From positions 42,375-106,374 of the forward strand of contig CAVONM010000013.1 in the NCBI GenBank assembly GCA_963697225.1: a DNA stretch of 64,000 nt, given 5' to 3'. Under the pieces are notes generated by a model. The model did no database searches and had not been told where the DNA came from. It worked only from the letters and a program-made list of their open reading frames with translations. Positions 1-8,159 of the stretch are shown here, one piece after another (positions within the stretch are counted from its first letter, which is position 1; the number at the start of each line of letters is the position of its first letter). This DNA is from an uncultured delta proteobacterium (lineage in GTDB: Bacteria > Desulfobacterota > Desulfobacteria > Desulfobacterales > Desulfosarcinaceae). A program made the position numbers and the translations under genes.

Positions 1-3
1 TCG

Positions 4-441
4 GTGCCGCCGTGTGTCCGGAGATATATCGACCATCGCCTGGCCGCCTATGAACAGGTGCTGGCGAATGTCCGGGACCATCAGCTTGACCATCCGCTGG
101 ACACGGCTGTTGCGATCTGGGACCAGCATCTTTTTTTCGAGACCCACGAGTATCTCGAACCGCACTGGATGACCGCCGACGGGGACGAAAAAAAGCTGCT
201 CCAGGCCATCATCCGGGCAGCCGGTGCATACGTGCACCTGGAGCAGGGGAATCTCACCGGAGCCAAGCGCATTGCCGCCAAGGCGGCGGCCGTGCTGGAG
301 GTGCATCAGGACCGGTTGGCACCCTACGCCGACCCTCGGCTGCTTCTGGCTAAGCTCAGGGCCCTGGACCCCACGCCGCCGATGCTTGCCGGAACTGCCG
401 GGCAGACAAATCGATCGATGCGGACGATCGATCGTCCATGA
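4..441 (+). CDS. DUF309-domain protein. Possibly 5' partial because the ORF opens 3 nt from the window edge on a GTG.
   Basis: Motif FFETHEYLEPHW...LQAIIRAAGAYVHLEQGN matches the DUF309 HE..E..W signature. Convergent with the HNH gene. Confidence 0.5.
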   Translation: MPPCVRRYIDHRLAAYEQVLANVRDHQLDHPLDTAVAIWDQHLFFETHEYLEPHWMTADGDEKKLLQAIIRAAGAYVHLEQGNLTGAKRIAAKAAAVLEVHQDRLAPYADPRLLLAKLRALDPTPPMLAGTAGQTNRSMRTIDRP

Positions 442-451
442 TGTCATCGGA

Positions 452-958
452 TCACATCAACCCCAGTTCAACCAGCAGCGCGTAGACGCCGGAATGGCGA
501 AGGCGGATCCGGATAAACTCGGCGATGGTGGGCTGCCAGGGGCGATGACGCAGGGCCATCCCGGCTTCCCGGGGCAAGCGTGCGCCCTTTTTGTGATTGC
601 AGGCCCGGCAGCAGGCCACGCAATTGTCAAAATCGTTTTTCCCCCCCCGCGACCGTGGAATGACGTGGTCCATGGTGATGGGCTTGGTCCGGGATCCGCA
701 ATAGGCGCAGGCAAACCGGTCCCGGGCCAGGACGTTTCGGCGTGAAAAGGGAACGCGGCCCCGGTAGACGCTTCTGACTACCTTGACCAGCACGGCCACC
801 GCCGGTGCCCGGAACGTGCGGCTTACACCCTGGATCACCCGATCCGAAAACTTCAGGACCCTGACTTTTTCGGCGAACATCAGGCCCATGGCTTTTTTCC
901 AGTCCACCAGGCCGAGAAAAGAATAATCCCCGTTGAGCAGAATGCAGCTTCCGTTCAT
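452..958 (-). CDS. HNH endonuclease family protein
   Basis: Motif CAYCGSR...MDHVIPRSRGGKNDFDNCVACCRACNHKKG is a classic HNH Cys/His box. The start was chosen at MNGS (958) because it forms an ATGA overlap with the upstream small ORF. Confidence 0.7.
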   Translation of the reverse strand: MNGSCILLNGDYSFLGLVDWKKAMGLMFAEKVRVLKFSDRVIQGVSRTFRAPAVAVLVKVVRSVYRGRVPFSRRNVLARDRFACAYCGSRTKPITMDHVIPRSRGGKNDFDNCVACCRACNHKKGARLPREAGMALRHRPWQPTIAEFIRIRLRHSGVYALLVELGLM

Positions 959-1078
959 GTCGCCGATTCCTCTATCAGGGTATCGATGTAAAAGGTGTAG
1001 GCGATGGGTGGAATCCCATACCATTTGAGCATGGGCAGATCACGCAGTCCTTCCAGTGCCTGCCGGGAAGCCGGTGTC
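955..1078 (-). CDS. Small hypothetical protein (41 aa, MTPASRQALEGLRDLPMLKWYGIPPIAYTFYIDTLIEESAT), translationally coupled to the HNH gene
   Basis: GGAGG lies 5 nt upstream of the ATG at 1078. The stop codon overlaps the HNH start as ATGA. No known domain recognised. Confidence 0.25.
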
Positions 1079-1161
1079 ATGAAATCCTCCTCAATCGGGT
1101 TGTCGCTTTGAAAACGGGAAAGGCTGAATCGAATCTGGAATGAATAAATAAATCGGTTTTT

Positions 1162-1206
1162 ACCACCGTTGTCAATATGCAATTATTGCTGATTGACACC
1201 GGTGGT
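1162..1206. promoter_or_regulatory. 15-bp inverted repeat ACCACCGTTGTCAAT-N15-ATTGACACCGGTGGT in the AT-rich divergent promoter region. Candidate operator.
   Basis: Read directly from the sequence. There is one mismatch between the arms. The repeat lies between the minus-strand small ORF/HNH operon and the plus-strand FAD-linked oxidase gene. Confidence 0.4.
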
Positions 1207-1275
1207 GGAACTTTTTAAATTGGCTCGTCAATACTTACAACAACCGGCCTTAAACCGATCAGACCAAGGAGAAGA

Positions 1276-2658
1276 ATGATGGAGCTGTTCTCGCAAACCC
1301 AGAGGGACGCCCTTACCACTTTCGTGGACCCGGACCGCTTTTCCACCGGCCAGTCCAACCGCGAGCTTCACATCAAGGATATCTCCCCACACCGGGGCAA
1401 ACTGCCCGCCGGCATCATCTGGCCCATGACCACCGGGGAAGTGTCCACCATCCTTGCCTACACTTATGCCCAAGGTATTCCCGTCACTCCCTGGGGGGCC
1501 GGCACCAGCACCGAAGGCAACCCCCTGCCGATGCGCGGCGGCCTGGTGATGGACATGACCCGCATGAACCGGATCATTGCCATCCGGCCCCAGGATCTCC
1601 AGGTCGATGTGCAGCCCGGCGTGTTTCGAAAAACCCTCAACCAGCATACCGGCCGGTCGGGGCTTTTCTTTCCGCCGGACCCCGGCGCCGACGCCACCAT
1701 CGGCGGCATGATCGCCAACAATGCCTCGGGCGTGCAGACCATCAAATACGGTGCTACAAAGGACTACGTGATGCGCCTCGTGGTGGTGCTGCCCGATGGA
1801 CGGGTGATCCACACCGGTGGAAAGGCTCACAAATCCTCATCGGGCTACGATCTTACCCGGCTCTTCGTGGGGTCCGAGGGAACCTTGGGGGTGGTGACCG
1901 AAGCCACCTTGAAACTGGCCGGCATTCCCGTCGTCCACCTGGCCGTGACGGTGATCTTTGACTCTCTTGAGGCAGCTTCGGAAACCGTGGCAGTGCTCAT
2001 GGGATCGGGGTTGGCGCCGGCTGCGCTGGAACTGCTCACCCCGGAACTCATCGCGCTGATGAACCGGGAAAAGAACCTGGGACTTGCCGAAAAGCCGTCC
2101 CTGTTCTGCGAATTTCACGGCATCAGCGAAGCGGCACTGAATGAGACCGCAGCCCTGGCCGAGGCACTGTGCCGGGACGGCGGCGCCCTTGGCTTTAAAA
2201 CCGGCGTCAAGGAACGGGAGCGCAAGGAGCTGTGGCGGGCCCGACACGAGGCCTGGGAGACCATTCACCGGGCCTATCCGGGGCGGGAGACGCTGATCGT
2301 CGACGCGGCGGTACCCATCTCCAGCTATCCGCAGATGGTCCTTTTTTCCCAGCAGCAGCTGGATGAAAAAAAAGCCGTGGGGTTTGTTTTCGGCCACGCC
2401 GGGGACGGCAATCTGCATGTGGTAATGGTGGGTGACCCGGCCGATGACCAAGAATGGGCGTCCCTCGAGGCGATCAACCACAGCATCGTCCACCGGGCGG
2501 TGGAAGTGGGCGGGACCTGCACCGGCGAGCACGGAATCGGTGTCGGCAAACGTCAATTCATGCAGCTGGAGCACGGTGAGGGCTATGGACTGATGAAGCA
2601 GATCAAGGACCTGATGGATCCCAAGGGATTGATGAACCCGGGGAAGATGTTTCTATAG
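1276..2658 (+). CDS. FAD-linked oxidase (GlcD / D-lactate dehydrogenase-like FAD-binding oxidoreductase)
   Basis: 460-aa protein with an FAD_binding_4-type N-terminal half and an FAD-oxidase C-terminal half (GHAGDGNLH...GTCTGEHGIGVGK). Confidence 0.85.
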   Translation: MMELFSQTQRDALTTFVDPDRFSTGQSNRELHIKDISPHRGKLPAGIIWPMTTGEVSTILAYTYAQGIPVTPWGAGTSTEGNPLPMRGGLVMDMTRMNRIIAIRPQDLQVDVQPGVFRKTLNQHTGRSGLFFPPDPGADATIGGMIANNASGVQTIKYGATKDYVMRLVVVLPDGRVIHTGGKAHKSSSGYDLTRLFVGSEGTLGVVTEATLKLAGIPVVHLAVTVIFDSLEAASETVAVLMGSGLAPAALELLTPELIALMNREKNLGLAEKPSLFCEFHGISEAALNETAALAEALCRDGGALGFKTGVKERERKELWRARHEAWETIHRAYPGRETLIVDAAVPISSYPQMVLFSQQQLDEKKAVGFVFGHAGDGNLHVVMVGDPADDQEWASLEAINHSIVHRAVEVGGTCTGEHGIGVGKRQFMQLEHGEGYGLMKQIKDLMDPKGLMNPGKMFL

Positions 2659-2769
2659 ACAGCTTCGGGACGTCGCTGGCACTGATTCATGTCGATGTCA
2701 GTCTATGCCACAACCGGACAACCACGCATGGAAGCTATGGGCATCCTAACGGTCATGGCTGTCGGTGCT

Positions 2770-3237
2770 TTACTTTCTGGCTTTGCCGGCAAGGTATTCG
2801 ATGGTGACCCGCACCACAGTCGTTTGGTCCATCAGACGGTCGATATAGGCGTCCCCGGCAGCAATGTGGTCGGGGGCATATTTGGCCACCAGGGCACGCA
2901 GAGCGGTTTTTTTCAACATCTTGTCTTCGATGACGTCGGCATTGCCGGACACCACCACGCTTTCGTAGCGGGTGGAGAATTTTTCGGGCAGCAACTCGGT
3001 CTTGCCCACCACACAAAAGGAGACCCCTTTGTTGGCGGTGATGTTTTCCAGCTTTTGACCTTCGGTGGCACAGTGAAAAAAGATGTTGTCTTCGATCACA
3101 ACATAATTCACAGGTATGCCGTAAGGTCGGTTGCTTTTGTCCGACGTGCTCAAAATGCCGTACTCGCCGCGTTGCAGCAGCGCCTTGGCGGCGGTATCGT
3201 CAAGCCGCCGGTCTTCCCGCCTCAATGGTTTCGTCAT
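2770..3237 (-). CDS. Pyridoxamine 5'-phosphate oxidase-like FMN-binding protein (NimA/general stress protein 26 family)
   Basis: 155 aa. The YGIPVNYVV...FFHCATEGQK...FCVVGKTE pattern is typical of the PNPOx-like split-barrel family. Confidence 0.65.
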   Translation of the reverse strand: MTKPLRREDRRLDDTAAKALLQRGEYGILSTSDKSNRPYGIPVNYVVIEDNIFFHCATEGQKLENITANKGVSFCVVGKTELLPEKFSTRYESVVVSGNADVIEDKMLKKTALRALVAKYAPDHIAAGDAYIDRLMDQTTVVRVTIEYLAGKARK

Positions 3238-3438
3238 GGGGGTATCCCTTTCCCAGGGGTTGTGCCGATGCGCCTGTCATCGGGTTGGTTTCGCCTTATT
3301 GTCCGGATACCTTTTTTTTGTGTGGATTGCAAATCAAAGCGGCCAATTAACCGAATGAGTATGTGGAGGTGGGCAGTATTGCGGCCCCTTTCGATTCTGT
3401 GCATGCCGAGGCGCTTCCTTCAATCGCTGCCAAACTCG

Positions 3439-4248
3439 TCACCCCTCCAACTCGACCGTCTCCACCAGCACTCGTGCCGTACCCTGCTTGTAAAAGCCCA
3501 GCCGCTTGGCGGCCCCCGCGCTCAGATCGATCATCCGTCCTTCGATAAAGGGCCCGCGGTCGTTCACCCGAACGACGATGCTGCGCCGGTTGGACAGGTT
3601 GGTCACCCGTACGAAGATGGGCAGGGGCAGGTGTTTGTGGGCGGCGCTCAGCCCATCGGGGCTGAAGGCCTCGCCGTTGGCCGTCATGTGGCCGCCCCGC
3701 TGCCGGTAGGTTTCATCACCGTACCAGGAGGCGATGCCTTTTTCACGATAGGTCGTGGCCTGTGCCATTGTCATGGGTACATAGCGCTTGCCCCGGACCG
3801 TGTAGGGTGAATCCTTGACGCGGCCCTGGGCAATGGCCTCCTTGGGGGACAGTCCGTCGATGGTGTCGATGTCGTCATGGGTCAACGGCCAGGAGAGCGG
3901 CGCCGTAATCACGTCGAAGGTGAATCCGCCGACGGTGTAGACGGTGCTGCCGGCAAACTTGGTCACCTTGTAGGCCATGACCACGGTTCCCTTGGTCAGC
4001 CGGTAGGTGGTTCGTATCACACCGCAGGCGGAAAGGATCAGGCATGTCGCAGCCAGCAGGGCGATATAATAGCGCACTGGCCGATTGCTTTTCCGATTAC
4101 CAGGCTGTTGAAAAACTATTTCGTTTGGCCAACCATCGTTAAAATTTGGCTCAAAATACTCATTTATCACACATAAACTCCGCTTTTTCGCCGAATTTTG
4201 CCTTGTCTTGCCCGCGCTCATGACGTTTTTCAACACCCTGTTATGCAT
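3439..4248 (-). CDS. rlpA: Septal ring lytic transglycosylase RlpA-family lipoprotein (DPBB domain). The true start is probably the internal GTG at 4077.
   Basis: ASWYGDE...GGHMTANGEAF...AAHKHLPLPIFVRVTNLSNRRSIVVRVNDRGPF is the RlpA double-psi beta-barrel. A lipobox signal MRYYIALLAATCLILSAC follows the GTG at 4077. Confidence 0.8.
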   Translation of the reverse strand: MHNRVLKNVMSAGKTRQNSAKKRSLCVINEYFEPNFNDGWPNEIVFQQPGNRKSNRPVRYYIALLAATCLILSACGVIRTTYRLTKGTVVMAYKVTKFAGSTVYTVGGFTFDVITAPLSWPLTHDDIDTIDGLSPKEAIAQGRVKDSPYTVRGKRYVPMTMAQATTYREKGIASWYGDETYRQRGGHMTANGEAFSPDGLSAAHKHLPLPIFVRVTNLSNRRSIVVRVNDRGPFIEGRMIDLSAGAAKRLGFYKQGTARVLVETVELEG

Positions 4249-4262
4249 GTTTTTGATAGTGA

Positions 4263-5414
4263 TTATTGTTTGCGCACCACCAGGCTGCCGATGGAATAGC
4301 CCGCGCCGAAGGAGCAGATGACGCCGTGGTCGCCCGGTTGCAAGTCCTGGTGGTAGAGGTGTAAGGCGATCAACGAACCGGCCGAGGCGGTGTTGGCGTA
4401 GCGGTCCAGCACGATGGGCGCCTCATCGAAGGTGGCCTCGCGTCCCAGCAGTTTGCCGCCGATATGCAGGTTCATGTTGATATTGGCCTGGTGAAACCAC
4501 CAGCGTTTGATGTCTGGCACGTTCAATCCATGTAGTGAGATATGGTCCGTCAAGTGCTGGACGGCCATGGGGCAGACCTCTTTGAACACCCGGCGGCCGT
4601 TCTGATGAAACAGCTTGTCGGCACCGAACGGGTCCACATCGTTGGCCCGGCTGACATAGCCGAAGTTGGAGCGCACATGGCTGGAGAACTTGGTTTTGGC
4701 CCGGGTGCTGAGAATTTCATAGCGGTGCGGCGCCGTGGAGGTGTCGGCACCCTCCACGATTGTCGCCGTGGCCACGTCGCCGAAGATGAAGTGGCTGTCC
4801 CGATCGCAGTAATTGACCTGGGGCGAGGTCAGTTCCGGGTTGATGGCCAGCACGCAGCGGGCCGTACCGGCCGCGACCATTTCGTAGGCGCGGTGCAGGG
4901 CGAAGGTGGCCGCCGAGCAGGCCACCAGCATGTCGAAACCGAAGCCATTGATGCCCAGGACCTCCTGCACCTCGATGGCGATGGCGGGATAGGACCGCTG
5001 GGTATAGGCGCATGAAACGATGACCGCATCGATGTCGGCCGCCGTCTTGCCGGCGGCGTCCATGGCGCTTCGCGCCGCGTGGACGGCCATTTCGGCCTGG
5101 TCGGAGACCGCCTCGTCCGGCCGTTCCAGAATGGCCGGGCGCATGCGGTCCACATCCAGAATCCCGTCCTTGACGTAGACATAACGCTGTTTGATGCCGG
5201 AGGCTTTTTCGATGAATTCCACCGAACTGAGCGGTTTCGCTTCCCGTTCGCCGGCCGCGATGGCCTCAGCATGCCGGTCATTGTAGCGATTGGCCCATTG
5301 GTTGTAGGCGGTTACCAGTTCGTCGTTGGTGATGATATGGTCGGGCGTCCACAGCCCGCTGCCGCTGATGACAACCCTGGGGCGTGCTGAAGCTGACATG
5401 GCGATCCTTTGCAA
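4263..5414 (-). CDS. 3-oxoacyl-ACP synthase III (FabH-like) family protein with an N-terminal insertion
   Basis: Catalytic Cys (ACSAATFALH), His (WFHQANINM) and Asn (NTASAGS) of the KAS III triad are present. An insert of about 30 aa follows the first glycine-rich loop. The gene abuts the upstream PLP enzyme gene (its start at 5414 is 1 nt from that gene's end at 5415). Confidence 0.8.
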   Translation of the reverse strand: MQRIAMSASARPRVVISGSGLWTPDHIITNDELVTAYNQWANRYNDRHAEAIAAGEREAKPLSSVEFIEKASGIKQRYVYVKDGILDVDRMRPAILERPDEAVSDQAEMAVHAARSAMDAAGKTAADIDAVIVSCAYTQRSYPAIAIEVQEVLGINGFGFDMLVACSAATFALHRAYEMVAAGTARCVLAINPELTSPQVNYCDRDSHFIFGDVATATIVEGADTSTAPHRYEILSTRAKTKFSSHVRSNFGYVSRANDVDPFGADKLFHQNGRRVFKEVCPMAVQHLTDHISLHGLNVPDIKRWWFHQANINMNLHIGGKLLGREATFDEAPIVLDRYANTASAGSLIALHLYHQDLQPGDHGVICSFGAGYSIGSLVVRKQ

Positions 5415-6569
5415 TTATTTCAAGACGTTTTCAAAATCGTCGATCAGATCCCGCGTGTCTTCGATGCCCACGGAAAGGCGAATCAGGGAGTCGCTGATGC
5501 CGGCAGCCTTGCGTTCCTCGGCGCTCATGCCCGCATGCGAAGTGATGGCCGGCCGGGTAACCAGCGTCTCCACGCCGCCTAAACTGGGGGCTACGATGGG
5601 TACTGTGACGCGCCGCATGAATCGCTCGGCGGCTGCCAGGCCGCCTTTCAGTTCGAAGCTGACCATCCCGCCGAATCCCTCCAGCAGTTCTCTGGCCCGG
5701 CCATGGCCGGGTTGGTCGGGCAGGCCGGGGTAGTTGACCCGATCGACGGCAGGATGGGCGGCGAGGGTCTCGGCAAGCTTCTGGGCGCTGTGGTTCTGGT
5801 GACGAACGCGCAGGGCCAGGGTTTTCATCCCCCGGTGCAGGAGAAAACAGGCGTGGGGGTCCAGGCATCCGCCCAGGTGAATCAGCTTGTGGGCGATCTT
5901 TTTCAACAGCGGCTCCGTGCCGATGACCGCCCCGGCCACGATATCCGAATGGCCGTTCAGATACTTGGTACAGCTGTGCAGGGAGATGTCGTAGCCCCAT
6001 TCGGCCGGCCGGAAATTGACCGGCGTGGCAAAGGTGTTATCGATCATGGAGATCAGGCCGTTGGCTCTGGCAAACTCGGCCAGGGCCTTCAGGTCACCCA
6101 CCTGGATCAGCGGGTTGGTGATGGTTTCCACATACACGCCGCGGGTGTTCGGCTTGAGCATGGGCGTCCAGGATGCGGGATCGTCGGCGTCGATAAAATC
6201 GAACTGAAACCCCAGGGGGACCAAATCCGAGACGATGAAATCCTGGGTGCCCCCGTAAAGGCAGTTCTGCACCAGGATGTGGTCTCCGGGGGAGAAGAGG
6301 GCCAGCAGGGTCGTGGAGATGGCTGCCATGCCGCTGGCCGTCACCAGGGCAGCCTCGGCGTTCTCCAGGGCCGCCAACTTTTTGTGAAGCACCTCGTGGT
6401 TGGGTGTGTTGTTCATGCGGATGTATTTCAATTCATCATAGCTGGACTGGCCGGCGTACTCGAAGGTGGACGACTGGAATATCGGCAGGCTCACGGCCCC
6501 GCAGATGCGCGTTTCGGGTTCTCCGGCATGGATCAGCCGGGTGTCGATGTGATGCTTTTTACTGGCCAT
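5415..6569 (-). CDS. PLP-dependent Cys/Met-metabolism enzyme (cystathionine gamma-synthase / beta-lyase / methionine gamma-lyase family)
   Basis: 384 aa. SLHSCTKYLNGHSD holds the PLP-lysine motif. Overall pattern is that of trans-sulfuration enzymes. Confidence 0.85.
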   Translation of the reverse strand: MASKKHHIDTRLIHAGEPETRICGAVSLPIFQSSTFEYAGQSSYDELKYIRMNNTPNHEVLHKKLAALENAEAALVTASGMAAISTTLLALFSPGDHILVQNCLYGGTQDFIVSDLVPLGFQFDFIDADDPASWTPMLKPNTRGVYVETITNPLIQVGDLKALAEFARANGLISMIDNTFATPVNFRPAEWGYDISLHSCTKYLNGHSDIVAGAVIGTEPLLKKIAHKLIHLGGCLDPHACFLLHRGMKTLALRVRHQNHSAQKLAETLAAHPAVDRVNYPGLPDQPGHGRARELLEGFGGMVSFELKGGLAAAERFMRRVTVPIVAPSLGGVETLVTRPAITSHAGMSAEERKAAGISDSLIRLSVGIEDTRDLIDDFENVLK

Positions 6570-6669
6570 GGTGACTCCTTTGATGGTCCCAAGGGTTGAA
6601 AATTTTTATTTGATCTTTACTTTCTTTCCATCGGAATGAACAGATTAGCATGTTTTCTGGGGAGAGACC

Positions 6670-7014
6670 ATGATCGAATCCAGTGCATTCGGTGTCATGA
6701 CCATTGACGGCCGCACCTATACCTCCGATCTGTTCATCTTTCCGGACGGGCGTGTGCAAGACGGGTGGTGGCGGCGGCGCGGGCACGCGCTGGGTGTTGA
6801 TGATATCATGGCGCTTGTCGACGATTCACTAGATCTGATCGTGGCCGGCACGGGCATTAGTGGGCGCATGCGACCGGAGGCCGACCTGTCCACCTTTCTC
6901 AGGGAAAAGGGCATCGATCTCATTGCCGAACCCAATTCTGGTGCCATACCAATCTATAACCAGAAGGTCACGATGGGATTGAAGGTTGGTGCCTGCTTTC
7001 ATCTGACTTGCTGA
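6670..7014 (+). CDS. Mth938-like (DUF498) domain protein
   Basis: 114 aa. IDGRTYTSDLFIFPDGRV...LDLIVAGTG...GIDLIAEPN matches the Mth938/NDUFAF3-like fold pattern. Confidence 0.55.
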   Translation: MIESSAFGVMTIDGRTYTSDLFIFPDGRVQDGWWRRRGHALGVDDIMALVDDSLDLIVAGTGISGRMRPEADLSTFLREKGIDLIAEPNSGAIPIYNQKVTMGLKVGACFHLTC

Positions 7015-7084
7015 AAGGTCCGTATGACCGTTGATTTTTCAATCGCTAACCATGAGACAACCATCTTCAATGGCAACAGCTAAC

Positions 7085-7351
7085 ATGTCGAAATCAGAAC
7101 GCGACACCGATTTCAAAATGGTCCTGGAAATTCACAATGCCGGCGATCGTGTCTTTTTGCGATCGATCCTGGATGCGGAAGGGATAGACTACTTCATTCA
7201 GGGGGAGACGGTTGCGCCTTACATCTTTAATGCTGTGCCCATGCGGCTGATGGTCAAAAAGGATCAGGTGGCGCAGGTCGAGGCACTTTTAGGCAACTTT
7301 ATGCAATCCTCTGCATATGGTGGATTAAAAAGAATGATCGATGAATCATGA
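7085..7351 (+). CDS. DUF2007-like small protein (putative signal-transducing protein)
   Basis: MVLEIHNAGDRVFLRSILDAEGIDYFIQGE...RLMVKKDQVAQVEALL fits the DUF2007 pattern. The start was chosen at MSKSE and is uncertain. Confidence 0.4.
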   Translation: MSKSERDTDFKMVLEIHNAGDRVFLRSILDAEGIDYFIQGETVAPYIFNAVPMRLMVKKDQVAQVEALLGNFMQSSAYGGLKRMIDES

Positions 7352-7443
7352 ATTTAAATTAAAAAGCATTGCCCCCATTTTCCTCATGGCTATGGGTTCC
7401 CTTCAGAAAAACAACGCGCAGCAGATGGAACAGGGAGTGTGCG

Positions 7444-8043
7444 ATGATAAAGATAGCCGCTGTTTTCGGCAGCCCCCGGCGCAAGGGCAACACGTCAACC
7501 CTTCTTCACCATGCCATCGCCGGCGCTCGTGATGCGGGTGCCCAAGTCACGGAAATCGTGTTGCGGGATTTGGACATGTCGCCCTGCCTGGAATTCTACG
7601 GCTGCAAAAAGGACGGGCGGTGTGTGATCAAGGACGACTATGGGGACATAGAGGAACTGTTTCAGCACATCGATGGCCTGATGCTTGCCTCACCGATTTT
7701 CTTTTACACGGTCAGTGCCCATACCAAGATCCTGATGGATCGCTGCAATTCCCTGTGGGTCAAGAAATACTGGATCGACAAGCAGCCTTTTGGCCGTAAA
7801 AACTACCCTCGCAAGGGCCTGTTCATCTCCGTCGGGTCGACCAAGGGTAAGAAACTGTTCGACGGTGCGCTGCTCAGCGTCAAATATTTCATGGATGCTT
7901 TGGATATGGAGCTCTGGAAAACCCTGCTTTTCAGGGGAATTGAAACGGAGGGGCAGATTTTTCAGCATCCATCGGCCCTGAAGGATGCCTCTGATGCCGG
8001 TAAAGCGCTGGTAGGGACATTGTCGGAACGCCGAGCATCATAA
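7444..8043 (+). CDS. NADPH-dependent FMN reductase / flavodoxin-like fold protein
   Basis: MIKIAAVFGSPRRKGNTSTLL...IDGLMLASPIFFYTVSAHTKILMDR is typical of FMN_red / iron-sulfur flavoprotein family members. Confidence 0.75.
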   Translation: MIKIAAVFGSPRRKGNTSTLLHHAIAGARDAGAQVTEIVLRDLDMSPCLEFYGCKKDGRCVIKDDYGDIEELFQHIDGLMLASPIFFYTVSAHTKILMDRCNSLWVKKYWIDKQPFGRKNYPRKGLFISVGSTKGKKLFDGALLSVKYFMDALDMELWKTLLFRGIETEGQIFQHPSALKDASDAGKALVGTLSERRAS

Positions 8044-8159
8044 GTCGTTTTCATTCAGAATCGGCATCTTTCCTCCCAGGCGGCGTTCTCGCTCAATGAC
8101 AATCCTCAACTTAGTGCGGCTACGTCGGCAGCTTCAACCTCGCTGCGACCTTGACACCT

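Noticed and set aside
5431-6599. Several 100-300-aa ORFs (5431-6000 minus, 5703-6599 plus, 4829-5281 minus) overlapping the PLP enzyme and KAS III genes
   Set aside because: Alternative-frame artefacts of GC-rich coding sequence. Proline/arginine/glycine-rich low-complexity translations.
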